Shown piece after piece: positions 28,401 to 43,400 of a stretch of DNA of 64,000 nucleotides. Both the position numbers and the translations under genes were made by a program. Source of the DNA: Lytechinus pictus (lineage: Eukaryota); NCBI RefSeq assembly GCF_037042905.1, contig NC_087245.1, forward strand, positions 19,346,001-19,410,000, read 5' to 3'. The notes beneath the pieces were generated by a model. The model did not search any database and was not told the origin of the DNA. It saw only the letters and a program-made list of their open reading frames with translations. Numbering within the stretch: position 1 is the stretch's first letter; each line of letters opens with the position of its first letter.

Positions 28401-31400
28401 GGTACCCAACGACCTGTGCTCACATCGCACTTCTCCAGGGTGTAGCCTGTGATTGGGCTGCCTCCATCTGAGGTGGAAGGTGTCCAGGTAACGGTCATGG
28501 ATGTGGATTTCACGTTGCTGACGTCGGGTACGCCCGGAGCAGATGGAATAGCTGAAACAGAGATTGAATACAAATACACATAATTTACGTTTGACTAAGT
28601 ATTGGGGCCATGCAAACAAAGCATGAACTTGAAATGAAAAATCCAAAATATTTCCTATAAAATAATCTGATACCAACCGCGTAGCCAGGATTTCATTTTG
28701 GAGGGGGCGGTAAATGCACGCGAAGCGTGCCAACACTTACAGATCGCGCGAAGCGCGGTCCCGAGGGGGTGGGTGCAGGGAGGGGGAGTTTTCCCGTCCC
28801 GCGCGAAGCTTTTGGTGTTTCTTAAATTAAAATAAAAAGGAGCCGTCTCTCCTGTCTCTAGTACCTATATCAGCTCCAATTCAGTTGACTATATTTTGAT
28901 TTTGAACCTTGTTTTTAAAAGTGATTGTGAACGCACAAAAAGGGATAAAATGGAGGAAATTAAAATAATATTTACCCCGCGCAAAGCGCGAAAGCTAAAG
29001 CGTTTTATCAAGTTTTTTCTAAAGAAAAGGGTCCCGAGATAAGGGTATTCCCTAAGTTATACTGAATGCTTCCCTTGGAAAGATCACATTTGATTCCAAA
29101 CAATTTAGCGGCAGTGCATATCTTTAACTCGCAAAACAAGAAGGGTATATGCCGGGAGGAAGATATTTCTCCCCGTGCAGAGCAATGAAACTCAAAAGAA
29201 ATTTCAAAGTGCGGACATTTCATCAAATGCATATATCTCTACCCCATCGGCTTAGATTATTGAACTTCATTACAAGGAAAATAGTGCGCAAAAAGTTGAA
29301 ACTTCTGTGATTTATTGAAATTATATAAAAAAGGATGATGTATAATTTCTTTGATTTATCCTGAAGCGCTTAATTTTGAATGATAAAGAAACTTAAGTGT
29401 CATTCAAAATTTCAAACTGAGGGCGCAAAACAGGACAGGAGATGAATGTGCAGGGAAATTTTAATAGAATTTGATTTAAAAATATTGTACTTTTTTCTAT
29501 TTAATATGACACGAATTTTATACCTTCCTCTTTTGAAATTAGGAACCTGTTGCCCCAAATTATGGTTTTTTAGTAATGTGCTGAAAAGCAGGAGAAGTGG
29601 CCTATATGGAGGTGACGGCAGAAATTGATATATGAAGATTTTACCCGCCCGAAGACGACCCGACCAGAAGTTGCGCGATCAATTTGAAAAAAAAAGATAA
29701 CTTCATATACTTTGGCCTAACCTTACTCTTATTCCATGCCCTAATGTATACATTTAACTGGCAAGAAACAGATAGCTGAGGTCGAAAAACAGGGTTAGAG
29801 AAAGGGATAGGGAAACAAAGGAGAACTGCAATATTGTCATTTGACCGCGCGCAGCGCGGAAACAAAATTCATATATATAAATTTAGAGCAAGAGTGAAGG
29901 AGTTTCTCTTTTGAGAAAAAAATAAAGAATAAAAAGAAAAACCCACAAAGCTACCTTTCTTCCCTTTGCTTTTCCTTTTCTCCTCTCTTTTTTCTCTTCT
30001 TTTTGGGGACGTTTTGGGGGGGCGACCGCCCCCACCGGCCCCCCCTGGCTACGCGCCTGTCTCATACCCTATTTTATCGCTTAAAACAATATCATTTGAA
30101 TGTGTAATTCAATATTCTATGTAATAATTATAATTCATAGAGGAATTTGAAATATACAATGAAATGTCTAGTGTATTGTATGATTATAATGCGACACAAC
30201 CACAAACAAAAATTAAAGTAATGGCAACATGGGAGACACTTTGTCATATTCCATGGCATCATTTTAATTGTATATTATATTTTTATTTTGGACACCATTT
30301 AGGGAGAGGTTCAATAACTGATCTTACTGTAGGTTGCCTTGGTCATGAAAGGTCCACCAACTGAGCTAGGTTTGCCTTCTCCAGCTTTGTTTACTGCAAT
30401 CACTCTGAACTCATAGTTATGATTCTCCTTCAGTCCAGTCGTCTGTTGAGAAATAAGTTATAATAATAATAAAAAAACATTTTCAAAATGAGTTTATTGA
30501 AGTATATATATCAAGGCATAATTTTTTAAGGTTTGTCAGCACGTTGTCATTTTCTGACATTAAGCATCGTAAAAGTCAGAATGTTTTAATCTTCATCGAT
30601 TCTAAATCACTGATTTCACTGTAATAATCAAAGCAGACAATTAATGAAATATTGCTAAGGAACGTTGGACCAAAGATTTTTTCAAGAGTGATTGAACAAA
30701 CACCCCTCGCTGTGATCACAGTTCTTATACAAGAAGCAAACATCATTACCATCATTCGCATATTTTAAATGGTACAAGATAATTTCTACTTTGATTATTT
30801 AATTATTTTCAAAGAGCATAACTGGAATTGCAAATGTAAGAGCAAACTCTGATGAAGATGTATCATGTCGAATATCTATATTTTGCAATAAGAAGAAAGT
30901 TCACTTTGCAATGAAAATTAGAAATCCCTCAATCACTGACTTACATCTTAAATTCACATTTTTAATAATAATTTAACTATATGCTAATAATACATTTGCC
31001 AGATAAACATTAAGAAGCAAACGAAAGACATAACATGACATGTTTGGGGCATATAGGTGGCTCATGAAAAAAAAAAACACAGATGGCCTATCAAGAGAGA
31101 AACCATTGTATTGAAGTAAAATTATAATTTAGATGGAAGAAAGCAACATTGAATTAGATGAGAAATACCATGTTACCATTGGCGTAAAGTCAAGAATGTA
31201 CACAGAATAGCAGGAAAGAATTAATGCTATCTACCTAAGATGTGGAACAATTATTCAATACTGTTGAAAAAATAAGACTTTATATATATTCAACATTTTC
31301 ATTTAGGGTTCAAGTTCAGGCAATTTACTTCAGAGGCCATCTTATTGCTGATTTCCATTGATAACACATAATCAAGAAACTTTACATATTAAGACAGTGA

Positions 31401-34400
31401 AAAATACACTATGGAAATTGTGTAATAATACGGTCAGAAAAAAATGAATTATTATATTTGATAAAAAATGCACACAATGATATTATGTATCTACATGTAC
31501 ATATCGCTGACAAATATTGGGGCAAAAATTTTATCTTATGAAACCTGTAACAAACAGTATGACATAAAAACATAAGCATAACATTAACGAAATGGAATAC
31601 CAAATATTTTCAACAGTATAAAAATGATATTTTCTGAAACATGACAGTCTGTGTCTGATGACAACCTTGAATAGAAGAGTATACAAAGAACCATGATCCA
31701 AATAATAGGTTTACATGCTACCTCTATCCACCTTGGCACATAAAAATCAACTCACCTTTTCCATAAATTTGGTATCAAATTTCATTCCTAAATTTAAACT
31801 CTAATCAAGAGGAAACAAAATCAATGCAATTATAATTTCGATATAAGTTTTCTTATAAAAATATATATAATAACAATACACTGAAGAGACTACTGATCTT
31901 CTGTACGCTTTTTTTCATAAAACAACTGGCTCTAGGAGGCTACCACTTTATTCCCCATTTTTATGTTCACATTGACATTATCTAAGCAAAGCAAAGATTT
32001 CAATACAAAAAAAATCACTTCTCACATAAGACAAACCACATTTTATTCTTAGATTAATAAGACTAATGAAATATCAATTATGTTATGACAATATAAATCA
32101 CAAATTCAAACTCTATCGCATTATCTTCTTTTGTACTTTTTTAAAACTATGGTACATTACCTGGTATGTCAGTTCAGTACTCTCCTTGGTAGATACACGT
32201 TTCCAGAAAGAGGCAAACTGTTCCTTCATTTCCACGATGTAGTTGGTGATTCGGCTTCCTCCATCACTCTTTGGTGCTGACCACCTCACGGTGATAGATA
32301 CAGCATCCAGCTCCACGGCAGTGGGCTGAGAGGGCGCATCAGGAACAGCTGTTGGGGAAACAGAAGAAGGATTGTCAAGGTTTTCTAATACTGATTGGAA
32401 TGGCATATCCCAGGCTTCAAGACTTGTAAAAATATAATATATATATCTGTTTGATTGAGTATAGAGTAATTCTATATAGAGACGTGTAGTTCAAGGTATT
32501 GGAGATGTTTAAATAATTGAATGGAACTGAAGACACTTCCTCAAGGGTTAATTTATTAAACATTATGTAGTTTAAAAGCTGTTTCTACATCATCATGAAA
32601 CCATTATTATCAAAGATTTTGTGTTCTTGGTTCAAAACTTACTGAATTCAGGTTTCAATGTGACAGTAACTGAAGACTGACTGGGTTTTCCTGGTCCAGC
32701 TTTGTTCACTGCTGTCACCCTGAACTGGACATTGTCACCCTCTTTCAGCTTGGGCACGGTGAAGGTGGTCTCCGGTGTTCTGTTGACCTCAGTCCAGCGG
32801 ATGCTGAAAGCATCTTTCTTTTCCACTATGTAGTCAATGATTCGACTTCCTCCATCCACTCTTGGCGGTTCCCATGACAATGAGACAGAAATGGCAGTGA
32901 CTGCCTCGATGATGGGTGCAGATGGTGCTTCAGGCGGAACTGTGATTAATGATATTAATGGTAACCCAATGTAACTTTCAAAATGTATAAATTAACAATA
33001 TTCTATCCTAACTTTGGAAAGTATTATTCTTACAGTGTCATAAATATAAAGTTAGATTAACAAGATTATGGAAATGAGTCAGAATAAATGATAATTAAGT
33101 AACTTGATATTCAGAAAATCCTCAATTTGCATTTGTGTACGTGTTGTCAATTTAATGAGTGTATTGAATCACACTGATTAAAAGGATCTGAATCAGAAAT
33201 GGCACATCGAATCCTTCCGTTTTAGATATTATTTCACAATGTCATTGCTACTCTTCAGGACTGAGAGAATCTGGCAATGTACAATGAACCTGTACAATCA
33301 TATTTGCAATTTGATTGGTAACACATGACATTCCTAAACTACAAACTCGAACATGATATGAACTCATTGTGAAGAGGTCTTCATGTTTTCAGAATATGAA
33401 ATTCAAATCACCATAGGGAGGTTGTGCCTTGAAGCTTTCCGAAGGAGCACTTGGCTTGCCAGCTCCAGCCTTGTTGACTGCAGTCACGCGGAAAGAGTAA
33501 TCATGACCCGATCTCAGGTCACGGATGGTGAATGAAGTCTCGCTCACATCAAATTTATTGCACGTGGTCCAGCGTCCACTGGCACCTTCACGCTTCTCAA
33601 TCACATAGTTTGTGACTGGGCTGCCGCCATCTGATATAGGTGGTTTCCAGTTTAGTGTTGAGGAAGTCTCAGTGATGTTGGATACTTCCGGTGACCCTGG
33701 AGAATCGGGTACGCCTACAAAGAACAAATAAAAAAAAGGATGAAGTTTAGATAAAGCTTAGGTGACTGACAACACCTGCTTGGTTGCACGTAAAGCAAGC
33801 CTTTGTCAATTTTTGTCACACATCAATATCATCCATCTAAATCATATAATTTGTTTTTACCTGGTCAAGGTATACACCAATGAATTCATAAAAAACAATA
33901 AAAGTTATGCATATTGCTCTTACCATATGGTTTCTTAGCCTTGAAAGGTCTGCATGGTTCACTGGGTTGACTCTGGCCAGCCTTATTCTCAGCAATGACC
34001 CGGAAGGTATATTCTGATCCTTCTTTAAGGTCATCCAGGGTCAAAGTTGTTTTGTGGATAGGGCTTTGGGTGGCACTGACCCAACGGGTCATGAAGTCTT
34101 CTTTCTTTTCCACGATGTAGCCTGTGATTTGGCTACCTCCATCAGAAGGTGGTGGAGTCCAAGTGAGCGTGACAGAGGTCTCTGTTAGACCGCTGGGTTC
34201 TGGTTTACCAGGTGCGTCAGGTACGTCTGACAAATAAAAAAAAAGAATCACATATTTCAAATGACTAATTTATAATAACATATTCCTGATGGGTATTATT
34301 CTACAATTTAATTATTTTCTTCTAAGGCTAAAAAACTAACAAAATTATCAATAAATCATCCCTAAACCTACATATCAAAACAAGAGCAAAATATTCGGAC

Positions 34401-37400
34401 ATTGTTTTATATAAGAATTGTTAGAGCAATTACATTCATTTTATTTAGTTATTTTCTCTTTAAGGATATTCATAGCATAGAATGATTAAGAATATTCCAG
34501 AATGTCTCAGTAAGGCTCTATGGTAAGGCTTTGTTAGACATGAGTAATCTTTGTTATTACTGGAATGTCCAAAGACAATAGGCATGCCTCCATCTATTTA
34601 ATAGGCTGAGGAATTTTGTTATTTCTGAATAGTGATTGCTTTACAATAGACTGTAGTGGCAGTGAAAAGAACAATAGGATTAGCTATTTTGTTTACATTG
34701 TTAATTTCAATGAGGTCATTCAAGAATGTTCTAAAATTAGACTGCTCTAGAAATTGGCAGAATGTTCTTTTTGTAGACAATACTAGAAGCTTCCAGAATA
34801 GTGAATACTAGAAGCTTCCAGAATAGTGAATAATTTGTATATAAGCTGGCAGTTTCTTCAAGGACATCATCACATCATATCAGATCAGAACTCAGAGTTT
34901 CACGCGAGACTTTATGTCAGAGCAGAGTTTATTTCCACTTGGAATATTTATCTTCTGTGGAATAATTTGCACGCCATCAATGAACTGTTTGCAGTTACTT
35001 TGAGAGAGGAATTCTCAGTTCTCATCGAGATCATAAACCTGTATTAATGAACGCTTTTCAACCCATGGATTGCTGAAATTGACTGTTAATCATCATCAAC
35101 ATTGTCTTCACGGACATTTCAACTCGTTACAGTGACTCTAGTTATTCATCGTGCTTCAACATAAAAATCATCATTGTGAACTTAAGTTTAAGGAATCTTC
35201 CCCAACAAACTTGGATTTTATTTGGATATACTATCATAACTTTGGATTGCACATCTGACACTTCAAGACATGTAAGATGTTTTGTTCTATTTTGTTTTGT
35301 TGATTGTTATATTTGTAATAAAAAAATGGAAATCAAAATTTAGAAATAATTGTTCATTGTTATTTGTTGCAGTATCGTAACAACATAGCTTACCATAAGC
35401 ATCCTTTGCCACAATGGGCTTGGTTGATTGGCTTGGTTCACCAACACCGGCCTTGTTCTCAGCTCGGACCTGGAACTCATATTCAGATCCAGTTCTTAAG
35501 TTGGTGACCTTGAAGGTCGTCTTGGTGGGTTTGCCAAGCTGTGTCCACCTGACGCCAAACTTATCCTTCATCTCAACAATGTAGTTTGTGATAGGGCTGC
35601 CTCCATCATCCATGGGTGGATTCCAGAGGAGTTCAGCACTGTTCTTTGTGATGTTGGTAACCTCCAAGTCAACAGGAACATCCGGTTCATCTATGGATAA
35701 AACCAAAATCAGCAAAAACTAAATTCAACAAAAAATTTGCTGACTTCACTTGTTTTAATTCCACAATCTTTGGTGCTAATTTCAATTTACTCATAAAATT
35801 CATTTCTAATTGTATTCTTTCACATTTCTAAGTGTATCAAATGGGAACTTGTGAAAAATCATGATACCAATAATTGATTGATTAGCTGATCTAAAATTAA
35901 TCTCAAATTCTCTGCATCTTAGTATACATATTGTGTAAATATATTTAATTTATTGCTCATATATATCTGTCATAAATTTACACTTAAAATGTAATCGCTC
36001 CAATTCTGTACATACCATATGGGGGCTTAGCGATGACCGATTTACTGGCCTCACTAGCTCCTCCTGGCCCGGCTTTATTTTCAGCAATTACTCTGAACTC
36101 ATATTTGTGTTTGGGAGTTAGATCCTGGACAGTGAAGCTGGTGTCGCTGATGGGGAATCTTGTGGCCTTGACCCAGTAATCCCTATCGGGTTCACGGCGC
36201 TCAACGATATAGTTAGTCACAGGGCTTCCTCCATCCGATTCTGGTGGTGACCAGGACAAGGTGACAGAGTTCTCTGTGACCTTCTTGATATCCGGTCGTG
36301 ATGGGGCCTCAGGGGGCTTGATAGAGAATGTGGCCACACTGCTTGGCTGGCTGGCTCCTGCTCTATTCTTGGCAACGACTCGGAACTCGCAGTCCTGCCC
36401 ATCCTTGAGTCCTGTTACTTTGAACTTTGTGTCAGTGACAGCGGTTTGATTGACAGGTGTCCAGCGAGGACTGAATCTATAATCCAGAAAAGGGTTGAAG
36501 GGTTCAAGTCTATATAACAAAAATTTTAATGAACCTTGGATTGATTGTATGCTATTGACTTTAAACACACTGGTCTCCTAAATGTAATGAGTTTAATGGA
36601 TCACATCATCTATGCAAAAATCAAAGAACTTTTCTTTACATGCAATCCCCTAAAAAAAGAATGATATTTAAAAAATGCATATAATTGATAGGTAAACATC
36701 ATCTACCTAAACCAAACATTCACTCATTGTAATAAAAAAAAAAAAAAAAAATCTTGCTTACCGGTCTTTCTTCTCGATAATGTATGCAGAGACATTATCA
36801 CCACCATCACTATCAGGTTCACTCCATTCAAGAGTAACAGCTGTTGGTTCAACATCAGTGATCTTTAATGAGTGTGGCTGTGATGGTACATCTATAAGTA
36901 TAAAAAATGAATGTGTCACATTATTACATGTGATTCCATTGTTATGTTACATATACAAAGAAGCATGAAATTATACCACTAGAAAATAATTCAATAATCA
37001 TAATGGAATAATTGCCTTCTTTACCTTTTTAATATTGGCATCAACTTAAACTTGATAGGAATGTATGACTTTTAGACATATGGGGCCCTCATTACTGATC
37101 AGAAAGAAAAAAAAGAGCACCTTCCATCCAGTCATTCATCAGAAAATGAAATTGGGATGTTTCGAATGGACTTACCATATGGGAGTTTAGCTTTAGTTGA
37201 TGGTGTTGGTACTGAAAACTCACTGGCCCCTGCCCTATTCACGGCAGCAACTCTGAACTCATAGTCCCCATTCTCCTTCAGCCCAGTGATCTTATAACTG
37301 AGATCTCTTGTCTTGGTGACCGGAACCCACTTAGAGCTATATGGTTCTTTCTTCTCGATGATGTAGTCAGTGATCTGACTTCCTCCGTCCGAGTAGGGTG

Positions 37401-40400
37401 GTTGCCAGCTGATTACCATGGAATCGTTGGTGACATCAGAGATCTTTGGAGTATCAGGAGCTTCAGGAACATCTGAAATAAAATATTTAATATCTTTTTG
37501 GTTATCTTCTTTATTCATAAATAATTTTGAATTTCCTAAAAAAAATGGTTTATGATACTCTTTTTTCTATTTCAACCCTTGTCAATTGTATTTTCTTTAA
37601 TATAATTTTAATTTCCTAAGACTACATACACATAACACGGGCTATATAATTAAATCGCTTGATTCATCTTATACCAGCTAAGATGTTACTTACCATAGGG
37701 TAGTTTGATGAGGACTGACTCAGAATAATCACTTGGAGGTCCAACGCCAGCTCTGTTCTCTGCACAGACACGGAACTTGAACCTGCAGTTCAGAGTTAGA
37801 TCGCCAACAACATAGTTGGCCTCCCTGATGGATGAACGGTTGATCCTCACCCAGTTGTCTTTGCCGACTTCACACTTCTCAATGAAGTAACCAGTGATCC
37901 TGGTTCCTCCTTGGTCAGTCGGAGGAGTCCACCTCAAATCGACAGACCTGTCAGTGGGGTTGTACACCTCTGGGGTTCCTGGAGGTCCAGGGAGTCTGAA
38001 GGTCAGGGAGACCGATTGTGATGGCTTTCCTTCACCTGCCTTGTTGATCGCAATGACATGGAATTCACACTCAGCATCATCCTGTACGTTGGTGACAGTG
38101 AACTTCAAATCTGGTATGGGGGATGACTTGATACGCTGCCAACGGGTGCTGTAGCGGTCTTTCTGCTCTACAAAGTATCCAATAATGGGAGAGCCACCAT
38201 CAGATGTAGGAGCTAACCATTTGACAGTGAGTGAGAAGTCATTGATGTCAGTCAGTTCCGGTGTGTCTGGAGCTCCAGGAACACCTTTGAAGAGAAAAAA
38301 CCCAGAATATTTCAGTAAACCTCTTATTTTGCTTTGATATCAAAGAAAGTTAATAAAATTTGGTAAGTTTATTACAATATTTCTGATGTAAAAGTTAAGA
38401 AAATTATATACTTACCAAAAGGTAACTTGGCAGTGAATGTCTTTGATGGTTCACTGGGCTGACTCTGGCCTGCCTTGTTCTCGGCAATTATTCTGAACTG
38501 ATAATCTTTGCCCTCCGACAGACGAGTAACCTAAAGAAGATGTAAACATTCTCAAGATTACCTACAAAGTTACCAGTTATCTTTGATTAAAATTACCCTA
38601 TGTAAGGTATAGATTCCAGAATTGTCATTTAGTTAATAACTGTATTACTTGCTTTTACTCTAGAATTTAGAAAGGACGATGTATACTTACTCTACTACTT
38701 GCAAAAAATATTCACATTGTAGCCTTTTCAGGCTTTGTTTGCAAAACATCATTACTGCATGATTATATAGCCCAATTCATAAGTTTATGATAAAGGTGCA
38801 TTTTAACTTCAGTTTCGATCTCCAAATAAGCTATACAGATATCTCATTCATACCTTGAAGGATAGGTCTGTTGTTTTTGTGATTTGTGACCATCTAGAAG
38901 AGTAAGGCTCTTTCATCTCAACGATGTACCCTGTTATCTTGGAACCTCCATCACTATAAGGAGGCGACCATTTCACAGTCATTTCATTCTTATCCACATC
39001 TGTAATATCGGGTTGATCTGGCCTGTCAGGTACATCTGCCAAAAAAAATTACATTGTATAAGGTAATAAAATTATGAACATGCATAAATCTTTTTGTCAC
39101 TCAGATATCGATCATATCAATGAATAATTCAATGACACATGGCATAAGCTAAATCAAAATCTGAATAAACAAGTCTTTAGCAGATTTTGTTCGAGTGATA
39201 AACATTATTCACTCTAGCATATTTAGAATTGAAAAATGTATAATGGAAGATTAAAATTTATCATGAATTTGGTGAATTATTGGGGGAAAAAGCTTACCAA
39301 AAGGCAATTTTGCCACCACTCTAGATGAAGGTGCACTTGGTTCACCAACTCCAATCTTGTTTTCAGCCATGACTCTGAACTCATATTCACTCTTCTCCAC
39401 CAAATCGGGCACCACCATGGTGGTTTCCCTGACTGGGGATCGGTTGACCTTCACCCAGCGGCCCATATCCTTCTTCTCCACAATGTACCCAATAACTTTA
39501 CTACCTCCATCTGATTCAGGAGGTGTCCAGGACAGGGTAACGGAAATCTGCTTGACATCACTGATGGATGGTGATCCTGGGGGACCTGGTGGCGATGCTG
39601 CAAGAACAGTGGTCTGACTTGGTTTTCCAGAACCTGCCTTGTTGACTGCAACGATCCTGAACTCGGCTTCTTCGCCTTCCTTGAGTCCTTTGATGGTGAA
39701 AGATGTGTCATCGATGGTGTATTTTGTGACTGGTGTCCATCTCGTGGAGAAACGGTCCTTCTTCTCAATGATGTAACCAGCAACTTTGTCCCCACCATCG
39801 GAAGAGGGTGGACTCCATGAAAGTTTGACAGACGTAGGTGAAATGCGCTCTATGGACGGAGCTGAAGGTGCTTCTGGTGCATCTATTATGCAAATAGTAA
39901 GAGACTTATTAACTCCATGTATGATTTATTTGATTATATATACAATATACTGAATTTAATGTACTCAAAACAGCAAAATAAATTAAAAGTGTCAATTTTG
40001 AGAGTATCATAAAAGATTCTCAGTTAATCACATTTGCTGTTGGCTTTCATGAGGTAAAATATCATGCAGAATACATCAGAGATGACTCAAAGTTTTAATG
40101 ATGCCATGCGTTTCTATATGCTTGTGTATAAATGAAGGCAGGAGAGAATTTTCAAACGGCAACAGATGAGTCTTTAACAAGTTTTAACTGACCATAGAGT
40201 CAATATAGGAACTACCTTTGTACTTTTGAGTCTCCATGGAAAAACCTACCAATAATATATTTCCTGATGACAGCATCTTTCTAAAATGTCACCTTGAGCA
40301 TAGTTTCTCATGAATAATTTTAGCAAATAAATCGTTCAAATATGAAGACAATATTTCAAAAAGATATAGAATACACTCACTGAATGGGAACTTGGCAGTA

Positions 40401-43400
40401 ACACTGATTGGCTCACTAGGTTGGCCTGGACCGGCTTTGTTGTGGGCAATGACACGGAACTGGTAATCATTCTTTTCTTTCAGATTTGGCACAGTGAAAG
40501 AAAGTGTTGTCACTGTATGTTCCGAGACATTGGTCCAGCGTGTACTGAACTTATCCTTCATCTCAACAGTATATCCAACAATTTGGCTACCTCCATTTGA
40601 TAGTGGAGCAGACCAGTTGAGGGTTACAGAAGTTGGTGTCAGGTCCGTTGCCTTCAAGGATTTTGGTGGAGAAGGAACATCTGAATCACAAGGTAAGAAA
40701 AGAGGAATACAATAAAGAAAAACTCTCATTAGGTACATAACGATGAATACATACAATGCTTATCATTATCCTGGTAAACCAATCAAATCATTGTAAGAGA
40801 ACACATTGTAAATAGTATGATTAGAAGGACAAATTTATATCAATTATTTCATTTCGTAAGTTACAAACAACACCTACCAAATGGTGCTTTGGCAACAATC
40901 TTTTCTGAAGGGCTGCTGGGCTCTCCAAGTCCAACCTTGTTCTCGGCAATAACTCGGAACTCATACTCATTCTTCTCGGTCAGATCTGTGATTGACATGG
41001 TGACCTCCACAACAGGACTCCTATTGATGCGTACCCATCGATCTCGACCCTTTTCTCTTTTCTCAACAACGTAGCCCGTGACCTTGCTTCCACCATCCTG
41101 CTTGGGAGGTGTCCATGTCAACGTTACCGATGTCTTGTCAACATCACTGATCTCAGGTGTTCCAGGAGGTCCAGGTGGTTTAAAGGCAATGACGACAGTG
41201 TTACTTGGTGTTCCCACACCAGCCTTGTTGACAGCACTGATGCGGAACTCCACATCCTCATCCTCGGGTAGGCCTCGGACAGTGAATGAGGTGCCATCAA
41301 CAGTATCTGTGGTGACCTGGGTCCAGGGTCCACCTTTGACCTTCTTCTCGATTATGTAACCCTTGATCTTGGAGCCACCATCAGATTTTGGTTTTACCCA
41401 TGATAGCTCAACAGATGTTGGTGAAGTGCGCCTCACTTCTGGTTCAGCAGGGGCCTGTGGAGTATCTACATGAGAATGTAACAAAATAATGAAATATTAT
41501 AAATGATTTCATATATAAACATGAAGGGTTTTCACCTGATAGTGTTTTGATAGTGGTAGTCCTTTGTTAAATTACATTTCTAGAGAGGGAGAGGGGACAA
41601 ATTTGCACTTTTGATAATGCGATCTCATAGCATGTATTTATCACGTTCCCATGACACCTTGACGTGACTCCAACATGATGTAAGACAGGTAGATTGTTCG
41701 ATATATGCACTGTATAATACTCACCAAACTCGTACTTGGCTGTGACATTGATGGCGGGACTAGGTTCACCCGGTCCAGCCTTGTTCTCAGCAATCACCCT
41801 GAATTGATACTCATTGTTTTCCTTCAGGTTTGTCAATTGGAAACTTTGCTCAGTCACCATGTCCTTAGCCTTGGTCCATCGAGAGCTGTAGCGGTCCTTC
41901 ACCTCTATGATGTAGGACGTGATAGGACTACCACCATCTGAGTAAGGTGGTGACCAGCTGAGGTTCACAGACGTTGGTGTGATATCAGATGCTACAGGGG
42001 TGCTTGGTGCTCCTGGGACATCTGTGACAAATAAAGTACAGTGATAAGAAAAAAAAATCATCAACCCCCCATGATAAATATTGTGTGTATTCTTAAACTA
42101 TTTCCTTTTCATTCATCACTCAAGTAGAAACTAAATGTAATATTTTTTCATTGGTATACTACTTTGTCTAAAATACAATGGATACGGGTAATTGTCTTTA
42201 TAAAGTTTTGCATGAAAGATTGATATGTTTGGAGAATCCCTTACAATATATATTTATTTACACTTTTATATCCTCTCAGGAGGCCAAGTGACATAAAAGA
42301 CTTCTACTTACCAAAAGGTGGTTTGGCAACAAAGGATACAGAATCACTTGGCTCTCCTAGACCAGCCTTATTCTCAGCAGTGACCCTGAACTCATAGTAT
42401 TTCTTTTCTGTCAGATCGGACACCCTCAGAGTCACATCCTTCACAGGAGCTCTGTTTACTTTTATCCAGCGATCCAGCCCTCTCTCCCTCCTCTCAACAA
42501 TATATCCAGTCACCTTACTGCCTCCGTCTGATTCAGGTGGGGTCCAGGTGAGCGTTGCTGATGTCTTGTCGATATTGCTTGCCTCAGGGACACCTGGTGG
42601 GCCGGGTGGCTTGGCTGCAAGGGTAGCAATGGAACTTGGCTTGCCAGTACCTGCCTTGTTGACGGCACTGACTCTGAATTCAACATCTTCTCCTTCTCTC
42701 AAGTTCTTAACAGTGAAGGAGGTGTTGTCTATGGTATCTTCAATGACGGGAGACCATTTAACTGCCAGATGGTCCTTCTTCTCAATAATGTAGCCAGTGA
42801 TTTCTGCACCCCCATCATTACTTGGAGGTGTCCACTTGATCTTAGCTGATGTCTCAGAGATTCGGGACACGTCATCAATAGTTGGAGCATCAGGAACATC
42901 TGAAATGGTGACAGTTTATGAAAATGTTGAGTGATCAATTTCATTAAAAGACTAGCAAACAAATTCAAATTCAATTTACCAGCGCTGCATGCTGGTTATG
43001 ATTGTTAACTTAGTATGCTGAACATGCAATGCAATGAAGAGAAAATAAATGTGAATCTCATAAGCATAATGAAGCTTTATAGAATCTTATTACTTTTTTT
43101 TGCCTTGTAAGTTAACAAATAGCGAACAACATCATATTTCATATACATTCCACAATTAACGGTATTATTTAAAGCAAATATGATACAGCCAAATGCCATC
43201 AAACCAAATTACATGTATGATCTTTAATTTCATTGCACAAGTCGTTCATACATTTATTGTTTTTAAATTAAGATATGGCAAATTAATATATATGCATGAG
43301 TTGTACAAATAAGGTAGTAACATCAAATAAGACACATGATGAGACAAGCACTTTTTCATGCACATTCAGACCTGGTGAGGGTTTCATAGAACTGTTTGTA

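Noticed and set aside
31756..31787. 32-nt segment with a strong donor (AAG|gtgagt)
   Set aside because: Not a multiple of 3, immediate stop codon and weak acceptor
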